Positions 17,299-27,108 of a stretch of 55,899 nucleotides of DNA are shown here, piece after piece. This DNA comes from a virus. Its lineage: Duplodnaviria; Caudoviricetes. The stretch covers positions 1 through 55,899 of IMG/VR virus record IMGVR_UViG_3300023174_003189. One strand, given 5' to 3'. Position numbers and translations under genes: made by a program. The stretch's first letter is position 1, and each line of letters begins with the position of its first letter. The notes under the pieces are model-generated. The model made no database searches. It saw only the letters and a list, made by a program, of their open reading frames with translations, and was not told the DNA's origin.

Positions 17299-18116
17299 TA
17301 CATTTCTCCAACGAAATTGGCCACAGCAGGCATATCTCCTTGGAAATGATATGTGCCAATATGAGATGTTCTCATCCAAGGACAGAGATGAATTGTGCCG
17401 CCAATTTTACGCCACATCTGGCAGAACATATAATCTTCTGAAAGATAACGATCAGAACCGCCACCAACAATACTATCTTTGGTGTCGATTACTGTATCAA
17501 AGAAGGCATGAATATAACGTGTGCCATCAAAGTGTGCCTGACCTACATGGTCTGGTTTATATCGAATCATTGGATACGCTTCTTCCATTTTCTTAAACAC
17601 TTCTCGTTTAATCATCATGAAGCCGGTACCAATTTCCAATACTTCTAAAGGTTCTGTAACAGTAAATTGTGCGGTGCCTTTTACCGGATTGAAAACATAA
17701 TCACCAGTAACTTTTTCTAATATTTGTGCATCAATATCCGGATTTTTTGCTACTGCAGTTTTAACTGATTTCCATTTAATTGCTTTCTTAGGATAAGGAC
17801 CACCAGAAACATCTTTGTCCATGGCCAATAAAGCAATCACATCTTGTGGATTAAAGTGAATATCAGAATCAATAAACAACATATGTGAACATTCTGACCG
17901 ATGAATAAATTCATCCACCAAATAATTTCTAGCACGGGTGATTAATGATTCATTGAAAAGAAATGAAAATTTCACCTGCACACCATACTGCATGCAAAGG
18001 CCTTGTAAGTCTAGGCAAGATTTCATGTATAGACCGTGATTCATGCCACCATACATTGGTGTGGCTACGAACAGGCTTTTCTTTTGTAATTCTTCTTTTT
18101 TAATTGAAATTTCCAT
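17298..18116 (-). CDS. GT-A fold glycosyltransferase-like protein
   Basis: ATPMYGG, NESLITRARN, FIDSDI, GTGFM, LSEDYMFC. Confidence 0.75.
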   Translation of the reverse strand: MEISIKKEELQKKSLFVATPMYGGMNHGLYMKSCLDLQGLCMQYGVQVKFSFLFNESLITRARNYLVDEFIHRSECSHMLFIDSDIHFNPQDVIALLAMDKDVSGGPYPKKAIKWKSVKTAVAKNPDIDAQILEKVTGDYVFNPVKGTAQFTVTEPLEVLEIGTGFMMIKREVFKKMEEAYPMIRYKPDHVGQAHFDGTRYIHAFFDTVIDTKDSIVGGGSDRYLSEDYMFCQMWRKIGGTIHLCPWMRTSHIGTYHFQGDMPAVANFVGEM

Positions 18117-18132
18117 TTGTTCTCCGAAAAAT

Positions 18133-18168
18133 AAAAAAAGGGAGTTTCGTTATAAACGAACTCCCTCT
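18133..18168 (-). terminator. Rho-independent terminator
   Basis: AGGGAGTTCG...CGAAACTCCCT followed by a T run. Confidence 0.8.
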
Positions 18169-18180
18169 GTAACCGATAGC

Positions 18181-18450
18181 TTAGTTAAAGCTGTAACCAG
18201 CCGATAGAGCAGCACGAACCAAAGCTTTGGTTGGCTTACCCATACGATAGGCACGAACTGTGCTACCATCGGAGCGGCGAACGGTGTTGGTATAGATGCA
18301 GTGACCTTCTTGACGCAACTCGTCAATACGAGCTGATACGTTTTGAATACCAAAACGAGCACGAGCTTGTGCTGTGGTCAAAGTGTTGTAACCTTCAGAT
18401 TTGCTCAAGTAATTGAGAATCTTTTGCTTAGCAGATAATTGCTTTTTCAT
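18181..18450 (-). CDS. Winged-HTH DNA-binding protein
   Basis: LTTAQARARFGIQNVSARIDELRQEG; has its own promoter and terminator. Confidence 0.75.
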   Translation of the reverse strand: MKKQLSAKQKILNYLSKSEGYNTLTTAQARARFGIQNVSARIDELRQEGHCIYTNTVRRSDGSTVRAYRMGKPTKALVRAALSAGYSFN

Positions 18451-18502
18451 AATAAAACTCCATAGTAAGTTAATAATAACCTTGCGTATTGCAAGTTCTC
18501 AC

Positions 18503-18532
18503 ATCATAACATTATATAGTTGTGTGTGTCAA
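18503..18532 (-). promoter_or_regulatory. Sigma70-type promoter with extended -10
   Basis: TTGACA-18bp-(TGt)TATGAT. Confidence 0.65.
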
Positions 18533-18553
18533 GTATATTGGTGGTATACTTGT

Positions 18554-19819
18554 TTATCTGCCAACTTGTGGCAAATACTTTGCCTTGGTTTCTTCCCAAG
18601 TTAAATCAATTAAATCATCATAAAAAAGTGTTTCATATGAAACATTATTTTTCTTTTGTAATTGCCGAATACGGCCTTTGGCATATTTTGTTTTCCAAAT
18701 ATCACTCAATGCTTTTTCACTGGTATCAAATGATTTTACCAATTTATCTTCGGTAATTTCTTTACGGAGAAATTCACTGGTATTATTATAGAGTGGACTG
18801 AAATAGATACCACGTTGATGTTCGGTACGAATTAAATTTTTTGGTATGTCTAGTTTAGAATAGGCAAAGTTCAATGATCGATTTTTATGATCACGCTTGA
18901 GTGGTAGTCCTTGTGTGTTTTTTGCTTCCCACCATTCAAAATATTTTCGTGTATGATTCTCTTTAATCCAATCAAACACCAATTTTTTGGTTGCTCGAGT
19001 TGGTTCAAAAGCAACTGAACCAGATGAGAATCCCATTTTATTCCAATGTTCTAGTCCATCATACTGAGAAAGACCATTAGACTTAGTGTTGCCATAAAGA
19101 GAAGTTGTAGTAACTCCGGCCAAGACATCTCCATATTGTCGTTTCCAATCTTTTTGAACTGTATCAGATAAACACAATAACGCCAACAATTTACCACCCA
19201 TATAATTAAAACCAAGAGGTTGTAATGGCACAATCGTAGAACCGATTGCAGTATGATTAATCATGTGTTGTTGTGTCTTTATATCTCTCGACCAGCCAAT
19301 TGCATTATCTCTCGGAGTCAAGTCCAGGAAGTCTGAGGAGATACATATCACACCAAGATATTTCTTACTAACTTCATCAGTAACAATATAATACAAATTA
19401 CGACCAATGTTAGAATTATTTTTCATTGTAGAAGAAAAGGTACGAATAGCATTCCATCGTTCCGCTTCAGGTCCATTGGATAAAACCATAGTTGGTTCCA
19501 ACTTTTCATAATCATCCGGATCTTTTGGCATCCAGAAATTAGCTTTGACTTCATTAATCATATCTCTTTGTTTGGGATCAACCATTAATATTTCTTGACC
19601 CCACAAAGTGGAAACTTCATGAACTGGATATCGTTCTTTTACTTCACACCATTTTTGATATAAGGTATATTCACGAACATCCATTTGTGAAGCATATGTT
19701 AAGTCCTCAATGAGAACTTTTTTCATTTGTTCTTCATCAATGTGCTCAAATTTATTGGCAGGATTTTTTTCTTGCCATGATTGCCATTGTTCTTCTACAT
19801 ATTCAATTGGTGTTGCCAT
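18554..19819 (-). CDS. DUF4338 / Druantia DruA-like protein
   Basis: GRNL...YLGVI, PLGFNYMGGKLLALL, TTTSLYG...SQY, recalled as DUF4338 motifs. Confidence 0.7.
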   Translation of the reverse strand: MATPIEYVEEQWQSWQEKNPANKFEHIDEEQMKKVLIEDLTYASQMDVREYTLYQKWCEVKERYPVHEVSTLWGQEILMVDPKQRDMINEVKANFWMPKDPDDYEKLEPTMVLSNGPEAERWNAIRTFSSTMKNNSNIGRNLYYIVTDEVSKKYLGVICISSDFLDLTPRDNAIGWSRDIKTQQHMINHTAIGSTIVPLQPLGFNYMGGKLLALLCLSDTVQKDWKRQYGDVLAGVTTTSLYGNTKSNGLSQYDGLEHWNKMGFSSGSVAFEPTRATKKLVFDWIKENHTRKYFEWWEAKNTQGLPLKRDHKNRSLNFAYSKLDIPKNLIRTEHQRGIYFSPLYNNTSEFLRKEITEDKLVKSFDTSEKALSDIWKTKYAKGRIRQLQKKNNVSYETLFYDDLIDLTWEETKAKYLPQVGR

Positions 19820-20391
19820 TATCGTAATTTTAATTTCTTCATTAATTTATTTCTTTTTTGTAAACCATATTGTAACGCCATTGGCTTAGTCTTACTAGTA
19901 TACACGATGCCATTCATGTGGTCAAGCTCATGTTGAAAACAACGAGCAGATATGCCAGAAAATGTGGCACCTTTCCATTCACCAGTAAAGTCTTGGTATC
20001 GAACACCTATCTCTGCCGGCCTAGTAACTCTTAATCCTAATAATGGAAAAGAAAGGCACCCTTCTACCATGTGTGATTCTTCTTTTGAAAAATTAATAAT
20101 TTCTGGATTAAAAAATGCCACATAATCATCATTGGTACCCATCACGAATACTCGGTAACGATAGCCACATTGATTGGCTGATAATCCATAACCACGATAA
20201 TGTTTACAGGTTTCAACCAATGCAGAAGCAAACAAATTAGGATTTACTGGTGGATTATTAAAATCAAATTCTTGCATTACCTCTCTTAATATTGGATTAT
20301 TTTCAGATACCAATTTAAGAAGATTAATTTGTTGTTTTGGTTGTTCAACTTTTACCGATTCTTCAGTATTAAATGTAATAATATCGCTCAT
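19819..20391 (-). CDS. def: Peptide deformylase
   Basis: GLSANQ, EGCLS, QHELDH. Confidence 0.95.
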   Translation of the reverse strand: MSDIITFNTEESVKVEQPKQQINLLKLVSENNPILREVMQEFDFNNPPVNPNLFASALVETCKHYRGYGLSANQCGYRYRVFVMGTNDDYVAFFNPEIINFSKEESHMVEGCLSFPLLGLRVTRPAEIGVRYQDFTGEWKGATFSGISARCFQHELDHMNGIVYTSKTKPMALQYGLQKRNKLMKKLKLR

Positions 20392-22103
20392 TTTGCCACC
20401 TGACTAAAATTGTTTTTCTTTTCAAATTTAATTACCGACCTAAATTTATCAAATAACTGGTCGCCCTTGTGTGATATAACAAATACATTAGTGTCTGTTC
20501 CCATTTCATGTATCAATTTTAAAAATTCTTCTGTACCAACGGTATCAAGGCTAGAATCAAATACTTCATCGAGTATTAATAAGTTTGTATTGGTACTATT
20601 CTTTAGTTTGGCAATCTGTCGCCAAGTAAACAATAGTGCCAAGTCAATACGCATCTTCTCACCTTCGGAAAAGTTGGCATAAGAGAATTCGTCACGGTGC
20701 CTTGACTTGATTGTTTCTTCAAAGTTTTCATTGATGTTAAAATTCACAAAAAAGTCCATGGCTGTCAAATACTTATTAATCAATTTATTCATGATTGGCA
20801 AGTATTGTTTGATAATCTTTGTTTTAATACCTGTATCTTTTAATAACACAGAAGAATAATCAAAGTAATGTTTTTCGATTGAATAACCTTCTTGTTGTTT
20901 TAACAACTCAGCCAACTCATTTTTTAATTCTTTAAGTTTAGCATTTTCATTTTCTAACGAGTCCTTCTTGGTTGCCAAATCACCAATTTCTTTTCGGAGT
21001 TTATCAATGTAAGAATGTATTGTTGATACGGTAGAATTGTGTTTGATGATTTCATTATTGTGTTCCTGTATGTGTGTCAATATTTTTTGTATTTCGGACA
21101 TTCTATTACTAGTATCTTCAATTTGTTTTTCAATATCAGCCAAAGCCACATCAACTTCACCTTTAGTTTGTTGTAATGTGGAGATTTGTTGTTGGCGAAA
21201 TTCTTCATCAATACCTTGTTTGCAAGTGGGACAATCACTATGATCGTGATAAAAACAAACATCTTTTTCGATCTTCTTTAATCGAGATTCTAGTTTGGAT
21301 TCATAGTGTACCAACTTGGTACTCTTTTTTTGTATTGCCATTTGATCCGAAACTTTACTATTCAATACATCAATATGTTTTTGAATAAGAGCAATTTCAC
21401 CACCAAGTTTTTGGCATTGTGCTTCTGAATCTTCTATCTCTTTTTGTTTCTTTTGAATCTCATCATCATTATGTTTCTTGTGTTCTTCAATTGATTCTCT
21501 CTGCATTTTAATTTTTTCAGCAGTCAAATCCATTTGATACTTTAATTTTTGGCTACTATCTTTGATGATAGCCAATCGTTCTTTGACAATTGAATTCATT
21601 GAAGAAAAAATTTGAATGTCTAATAAATCTTCTATAATCAATCTTCGGTCTGATGCCGAAAGTTGCATGAACGGCACGAATGATGCCGAACCAAGAATAA
21701 CGATTTGTGTAAACGATTTGAAATTGAGTTTGAGAATTTGTTTCTCTAGTATTTCTTGGTAGTCCCGTGAAGCGGCATCTTGATTGAGTAACTGACCATT
21801 ACAATAGATTTCGAATGTATTTGGTTTGATACCACGAACAATCTTATACATCTTTTTGCCAATGGTAAATTCAATTTCAACCAGACCTTGTTGTTGGTTG
21901 ATCGAATTTAATAGATTTGGTTTATTGATTTTACGAAATGGTTTACCAAATAAACCAAAACATAACGCATCAAGAATGGTTGATTTACCTGCACCGTTTT
22001 GGCCAATGATAAGCGTATTGGGTGATTTGTTTAGTTGTATTTCTGTAAAAGAATTACCAGTTGATAGTATATTTTTATATCTTATCTTTTCAAATAGAAT
22101 CAT
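20388..22103 (-). CDS. gp46: Recombination endonuclease subunit gp46 (SbcC/Rad50-like)
   Basis: GQNGAGKS, CPTC hook, FSEGEK, LDEVFDSSLD. Confidence 0.97.
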   Translation of the reverse strand: MILFEKIRYKNILSTGNSFTEIQLNKSPNTLIIGQNGAGKSTILDALCFGLFGKPFRKINKPNLLNSINQQQGLVEIEFTIGKKMYKIVRGIKPNTFEIYCNGQLLNQDAASRDYQEILEKQILKLNFKSFTQIVILGSASFVPFMQLSASDRRLIIEDLLDIQIFSSMNSIVKERLAIIKDSSQKLKYQMDLTAEKIKMQRESIEEHKKHNDDEIQKKQKEIEDSEAQCQKLGGEIALIQKHIDVLNSKVSDQMAIQKKSTKLVHYESKLESRLKKIEKDVCFYHDHSDCPTCKQGIDEEFRQQQISTLQQTKGEVDVALADIEKQIEDTSNRMSEIQKILTHIQEHNNEIIKHNSTVSTIHSYIDKLRKEIGDLATKKDSLENENAKLKELKNELAELLKQQEGYSIEKHYFDYSSVLLKDTGIKTKIIKQYLPIMNKLINKYLTAMDFFVNFNINENFEETIKSRHRDEFSYANFSEGEKMRIDLALLFTWRQIAKLKNSTNTNLLILDEVFDSSLDTVGTEEFLKLIHEMGTDTNVFVISHKGDQLFDKFRSVIKFEKKNNFSQVAK

Positions 22104-23170
22104 GCTTGTTCAGTATTCAAGGCTTCCACATAAAGTTCTCGCAGAATGTTTTTCAATCGGTCATTATCAATACTTTCTTCTTGAATGGTATCGACATACT
22201 TGTTTAAAATAGTTAAAGTATCTTCTGCTTGATCAATCATATCATCTTCAAGACCTTCTGTCAAGTCAGTAAAGTCCTCAGCAATGGTAATATCGATTGG
22301 ATTCACATCATATAATTTGGCCATAAACTTATCAAATAGATGTGGATTCGTTTTGTTGACCACCACCACTTTCACATATGTGTTGGTATATTTTGTTAAA
22401 TCTTTATTAATAACTTCTGTGATCGTTTCTTCTTTATCATCATAAACTATTTTGTGAAACATTACATTTGGATTTTTTACGAAAGTAAGGTCACGGCTGA
22501 CAAGGTCAAAAATATGAAAACCTCTAGGGTCATTATAATCTTGCCAAGTAAGTTCATAGGGGTTTCCGAGATAATGTATACCGTCAGCTGAGCTCCGATG
22601 ATGATAGTGACCGCTAAAAGTAATATCAAACTTTCTGAATAATTCACGACTTAATCCTTCCTGGCTTGGCATACCACGGTACATCGCAAAGCCTTGAATC
22701 TCAAAATGTCCCATACATATATCTGCTTTGGTATTGTTGAGTTCATTTAAACTATCTGTATAATTTTCTGGACAAATCCAAGGCATCATACAAACTTCTG
22801 TTTCACCAACCATGATTGTGGTGGGTTTTGAAATTACCCGTATATTTGTATATTCTTGCAATAACAGGTCTACCGAATTGACATCATTAGTGTTCTTGAA
22901 ATAAGTATCATGGTTACCGGCCAACATATGAACTTGAATACCTTTGGCATATAACTTATCAAAAAACATTTCTCTTGAGCGTTTTAATGTGAAAAAGTTT
23001 ACATACTTTCTACGATCAAAAGTATCACCCAATATAAGAACAGTATTGATACCGTGTTCTTCAAGAGTTGGAAAAAAAGTATCACGATAGAATCGTTCAT
23101 AGTAATCTAAAAAATGTATTGAATCATTACGAGCACCAAAGTGCTGATCAGTTATAACTGCTACTTTCAT
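22100..23170 (-). CDS. gp47: Recombination endonuclease subunit gp47 (Mre11-like)
   Basis: TDQHFG, GDTFD, GNHD, GHYH. Confidence 0.97.
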   Translation of the reverse strand: MKVAVITDQHFGARNDSIHFLDYYERFYRDTFFPTLEEHGINTVLILGDTFDRRKYVNFFTLKRSREMFFDKLYAKGIQVHMLAGNHDTYFKNTNDVNSVDLLLQEYTNIRVISKPTTIMVGETEVCMMPWICPENYTDSLNELNNTKADICMGHFEIQGFAMYRGMPSQEGLSRELFRKFDITFSGHYHHRSSADGIHYLGNPYELTWQDYNDPRGFHIFDLVSRDLTFVKNPNVMFHKIVYDDKEETITEVINKDLTKYTNTYVKVVVVNKTNPHLFDKFMAKLYDVNPIDITIAEDFTDLTEGLEDDMIDQAEDTLTILNKYVDTIQEESIDNDRLKNILRELYVEALNTEQA

Positions 23171-23565
23171 TGTTGAATACCTTCTACGCCAAATTTTTCT
23201 TTAGCCACTTCAATAGTTGCTGGATGAAAATGTTTACGGCAATCGAATTGTCGGCAAGATTTTGGTCGAATATCATAGATTGAACATTTGCCATCGATGA
23301 ACATTGAACAACCACCGGTTGGTGATTTCTTAAACATCGCCACCAAAGGACCAACATTTGGATTTTCCTGAAGTATATTTTTATCTGGCTGTATAAGACT
23401 TAACGGATAAAGTCCAGATGAAACTTCTTCAGGAGTTAAAAATGGAGTTAACACTTCACAACATTTGGTGCAAGTGCCACAAGGAACATCAGATATGGGG
23501 TCAGGACTATCAACCGATGTTAAATTGATATTAATAATTTTATATTTATTTTCTTTCAATGTCAT
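23167..23565 (-). CDS. YkgJ-family CxxCxxCC cysteine-cluster protein
   Basis: CGTCTKCC, CSIYDIRPKSCRQFDC. Confidence 0.8.
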   Translation of the reverse strand: MTLKENKYKIININLTSVDSPDPISDVPCGTCTKCCEVLTPFLTPEEVSSGLYPLSLIQPDKNILQENPNVGPLVAMFKKSPTGGCSMFIDGKCSIYDIRPKSCRQFDCRKHFHPATIEVAKEKFGVEGIQQ

Positions 23566-24325
23566 CTTCTTCACATTTTTCACCATATTGGATTTCTATA
23601 ATCTTCAATGGTTGGGTTTCATTATTTTTTAATTGATGCCACACACCGGTTGGTATGTTTACTGTATTGTGTTTGTAATAACTCTTTTCTGTATTTGAAG
23701 TTTGTCTTTCTTCAATTACTGTTGCCACACCTTCTACAATATGCCAATGTTCATTTCTATATTGATGTCTTTGCATCGTGAGTGATTGGCCAGGTTCAAC
23801 AACCAATTCTTTAACTTTGGTATTCGGTGTTTCATATAACACACGATAAAAACCCCAAGGCCTTTGTGTTTTAGGTGATTTCCATTCTTCGAGTAAAGAT
23901 GATGAAGAATTTAATTTTGTTTCTCCACCAACACCAAAAACAAATTCGATTCCTTCAACTGACATCTCTGGTATGTTTTCAACTGTTCTGTCGCCGCCAT
24001 TTGCAAATACAATGGTGCTACTTGGCCAAGTTTTCTTTACAGTATCAATTAATTTGATGGCACTATTGTCTGAATCGTCAAAGCTCACAACGTAGTCAAC
24101 GGCTTTCAGTTCTTTAATTATTCTAGAACGGTCGTGCCAATTCATAAATGCTCGACCTTTTTTGCGAATCAACCACTCATCACTATTGATACCAACAACA
24201 AGAATATCACCTAATGATTTGGCTTGATTTAGATAAGAGATGTGTCCTGAATGTAGAGGATCAAACCCTCCTGATACAACCACGACCTTAGTTACGGTCT
24301 GGTTTTCTGTGGTCAATGTTGTCAT
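23546..24325 (-). CDS. Cytidylyltransferase (RfaE/TagD-like) fused to a ManC-type cupin
   Basis: SGGFDPLHSGH, ANGGDR, RPWG, QRHQYRNEHW, IIEIQYG. Confidence 0.88.
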   Translation of the reverse strand: MTTLTTENQTVTKVVVVSGGFDPLHSGHISYLNQAKSLGDILVVGINSDEWLIRKKGRAFMNWHDRSRIIKELKAVDYVVSFDDSDNSAIKLIDTVKKTWPSSTIVFANGGDRTVENIPEMSVEGIEFVFGVGGETKLNSSSSLLEEWKSPKTQRPWGFYRVLYETPNTKVKELVVEPGQSLTMQRHQYRNEHWHIVEGVATVIEERQTSNTEKSYYKHNTVNIPTGVWHQLKNNETQPLKIIEIQYGEKCEEDDIERK

Positions 24326-24446
24326 AATATTTAATTTCCAATATAGAATCTACGGGTTGTTTAATACCAAATACTGCAGCTTCATCAAACCTTTCAAACT
24401 CTTTTGATAAAACATAATCTTCTAACAAATAAGTCACCTTATACAT
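24288..24446 (-). CDS. 52-aa hypothetical (MYKVTY...ILEIKYYD)
   Basis: Manual translation, AGGA SD; paralog of the adjacent ORF. Confidence 0.6.
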   Translation of the reverse strand: MYKVTYLLEDYVLSKEFERFDEAAVFGIKQPVDSILEIKYYDNIDHRKPDRN

Positions 24447-24454
24447 TTTATTTC

Positions 24455-24628
24455 CTATATGTTTACTGTTGGTGTATTTGGATCATTCTCATCATAGAAT
24501 TTAATTTCAAATAAACACTCAGCAGAAATAGTTTTGGCAAAATCAAGAGATTCTCTATGAGTTTTAAACCACTTGAATAATAGAACATCTTTTTTATCCA
24601 CAGATGGATAATATGTAAGTTTATACAT
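24455..24628 (-). CDS. 57-aa hypothetical (MYKLTY...LFEIKFYD)
   Basis: Manual translation, GGAG SD; paralog of the adjacent ORF. Confidence 0.6.
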   Translation of the reverse strand: MYKLTYYPSVDKKDVLLFKWFKTHRESLDFAKTISAECLFEIKFYDENDPNTPTVNI

Positions 24629-24632
24629 TATA

Positions 24633-25172
24633 CTACTCTCCTAAAAATTTTTCAATGCCTTTTGTTTTCTTTACCATTTGTTTTTTGGCTTTCTTTGTTT
24701 TTTCGTATGTACCAATAAACTCAGCAATATTGTCATAGAGTTCAAATTGTTTGGTGGTACCATCCTCAAACTCCATCATTTCCATTTCGTCTAGAATTCC
24801 CATTTGTTCTGTAGCTTTATACTTGACGTATGTTTGTTTCTTCTCTTTGCCGATTCTCCGTAAAAAGGCAAAGTAAATAACCTGTGTAAAATAAGCAAAC
24901 GGATTTTTCGATTTGGCTGGATCAAAGTTATCAAAATACTGTAGGCAGTTTTCAATACCATCTGATATCATCTCGTCACGATAGGTATAGTTAATGAAGT
25001 TTGGTTTGTGTGATAAACCCTCTGCTATCTTCATGAAACACTCACCTATGTAATTTGGAATAGCAGGTTTTTCTTTTTTTTCTTTCTTAGCTTTACTACA
25101 AGCTTCTTTGTAATCAACTAGTGCCTTTAAAAAATCACCGTTGTTTATATAATGTTTTTGTTTAGTCGCCAT
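24633..25172 (-). CDS. gp55: Late sigma factor gp55
   Basis: HYINN, IAEGLS.KPNF.NY, MISDGIENC, NPFAYFTQ. Confidence 0.96.
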   Translation of the reverse strand: MATKQKHYINNGDFLKALVDYKEACSKAKKEKKEKPAIPNYIGECFMKIAEGLSHKPNFINYTYRDEMISDGIENCLQYFDNFDPAKSKNPFAYFTQVIYFAFLRRIGKEKKQTYVKYKATEQMGILDEMEMMEFEDGTTKQFELYDNIAEFIGTYEKTKKAKKQMVKKTKGIEKFLGE

Positions 25173-25190
25173 GTTTACCACATAATGTTA

Positions 25191-25219
25191 TTGACAATCG
25201 CTTGACAAGTGTGTAAAGT
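25191..25219 (+). promoter_or_regulatory. Sigma70-like promoter pointing antisense into the uvsW operon
   Basis: TTGACA-17bp-TAAAGT with a second TTGACA in the spacer. Confidence 0.45.
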
Positions 25220-25241
25220 CGAGTATGTCCGGTTTTCAGAA

Positions 25242-25625
25242 TCAATGTATTACTGCTCCATCATAATTTAAATCTTCAAAGTCTTGTAATGCTTCTTGTA
25301 TTTCATCATCAGTCATATTTTCCACAAGTTTTTTTGCCTTTAAAAGGTCTTGAATCTTTTTCGTTGTGTTCAAATAATATTCACAGAATTCATCAGCAGG
25401 TTCTATTACACAGAGAATGTCATGTTTTTCTAAAATGATTTCATTTTTCTTGACTAATTGAATAGGCAACCAATGTCGCATTACGAGGCCAAGTTCATGA
25501 CCAGGACGTAATTCTAAACCAACTGACATTGGTTCGGTAATATCATATGCATTGATGCCGTTAGCTGTTAATTGACCAACAATATCTTCACCATTCTTTA
25601 ACCTGACTATTTTTATATTATCCAT
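25242..25625 (-). CDS. Conserved T4-like hypothetical, Sm-like
   Basis: IVRLKNGEDIVG; typical position between uvsW and gp55. Confidence 0.7.
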   Translation of the reverse strand: MDNIKIVRLKNGEDIVGQLTANGINAYDITEPMSVGLELRPGHELGLVMRHWLPIQLVKKNEIILEKHDILCVIEPADEFCEYYLNTTKKIQDLLKAKKLVENMTDDEIQEALQDFEDLNYDGAVIH

Positions 25626-27108
25626 TTTTTAGTCCTATTTTGTATATTTTGAATGGGAACTTCTCCTCATTATATATCTTCGTTCTTTCCACGAAATGTT
25701 TTAGTGTATAATTCATATGTTTTTTGTATCTTAAATCATCGGAGATATCATATAATGTGGCTATATTTTTGCCTTCATTTTGCCTAAGACTTCGACCAAT
25801 ACTTTGTAACGTTCTAATTGAAGATTTAGTTGGCATTGCAAATATAATATTATGCAAATTTCTAATATTGATACCAGTGCTAAAAGTACCAAAAGAAGCG
25901 ACAACGATTGCATCTTGTTCTATCTCCATAATTTTTCTTATTTCTTCACGGTCTGTTGTATCAGTACCGCCATAAACAAAGAACACTTTTCTATTGCCAA
26001 GTTTCTCTGTTTGTCTTATCATATCATACAATATTTTACCATGCTTGTCAACCATTTGAAACAATACGAGAGTATTTTTACCTAAGCTAACTGCAAGATT
26101 TTTAATGAATTTATTTCTAGTTTCATGTGATATCAGATATTGAATTTCTTCTGAATAAGTATAGTCTTTTACCATCAAACATTCTTCATCGGTATGTTTT
26201 AACACTAGACACTTTATCTCAAAATTTGAGAGTTGTTGTTTATCAATTAACTCTTTGGTACTGATAACTTTCTTAACTGTGCCAAACAAACCTTCTAACA
26301 CTAGTTTATGTGTTTTGGTTCCATCCAATGTGCCTGTTAAACCAATTCGATATTTGGCATTAATACAAGAAGTTAGTATTGTTGTTAATGATTGTGCCTT
26401 GAATAAATGTGCTTCATCACCTATAATGTAATCAAACTGGTGAAAATATTCTTTTGGCATCTTATACAAAGATTGCCATGTAGAAATAGTCAAAGGTTTA
26501 TCTGTTTCTTTTTCTTTGCCTTGATAAATGCGGTGAACATTGGTCATTTCACCGTCATTGTAATCACCAAAATCAGAATACAATTGTTCAACCAAAGAAG
26601 TGGTTGGAACAATTACAAGGCCTTTGAGATTTTGATATTGGTGAAGTTGACGAAAGATTAGATAGATGATGAGAGATTTGCCAGATGCCGTTGGTGAAAC
26701 TAACAACGCTCGGCGTTTTTGCATGGCATGAATGTAAGCATTGATTTGGTGTTCTCTTACTTCAATTGGTTCACCACGAGAATGTATATCTAATGATTCA
26801 ATAAATTTTTTGGCATGGTAAACAGAATAATCATCTTCGATATCTGGTCTTGGATCACCATACTCAAATTGATATTGCCGTTCATTACAAAACTCCTCAA
26901 TGTAAGGCAAAAGTCCAAGATATATTTGATTCGTTTGTAAATTAAACATACGAATTTTTCCATCCCAAATTCGATTACGATAGGCAGGAACAAATTGGTA
27001 ACCCGGAACAAAAAATGTAAAAAACTCCGATAACTCTTTTGCGATATGTTTTTCACAAGTTATCTTGGCATACACCTCATCTTTTTTAGTTATAACTAAT
27101 TCATTCAT
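25618..27108 (-). CDS. uvsW: SF2 helicase UvsW
   Basis: SPTASGKS, GDEAH, GLTGT, QSIGR. Confidence 0.96.
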   Translation of the reverse strand: MNELVITKKDEVYAKITCEKHIAKELSEFFTFFVPGYQFVPAYRNRIWDGKIRMFNLQTNQIYLGLLPYIEEFCNERQYQFEYGDPRPDIEDDYSVYHAKKFIESLDIHSRGEPIEVREHQINAYIHAMQKRRALLVSPTASGKSLIIYLIFRQLHQYQNLKGLVIVPTTSLVEQLYSDFGDYNDGEMTNVHRIYQGKEKETDKPLTISTWQSLYKMPKEYFHQFDYIIGDEAHLFKAQSLTTILTSCINAKYRIGLTGTLDGTKTHKLVLEGLFGTVKKVISTKELIDKQQLSNFEIKCLVLKHTDEECLMVKDYTYSEEIQYLISHETRNKFIKNLAVSLGKNTLVLFQMVDKHGKILYDMIRQTEKLGNRKVFFVYGGTDTTDREEIRKIMEIEQDAIVVASFGTFSTGINIRNLHNIIFAMPTKSSIRTLQSIGRSLRQNEGKNIATLYDISDDLRYKKHMNYTLKHFVERTKIYNEEKFPFKIYKIGLKNG

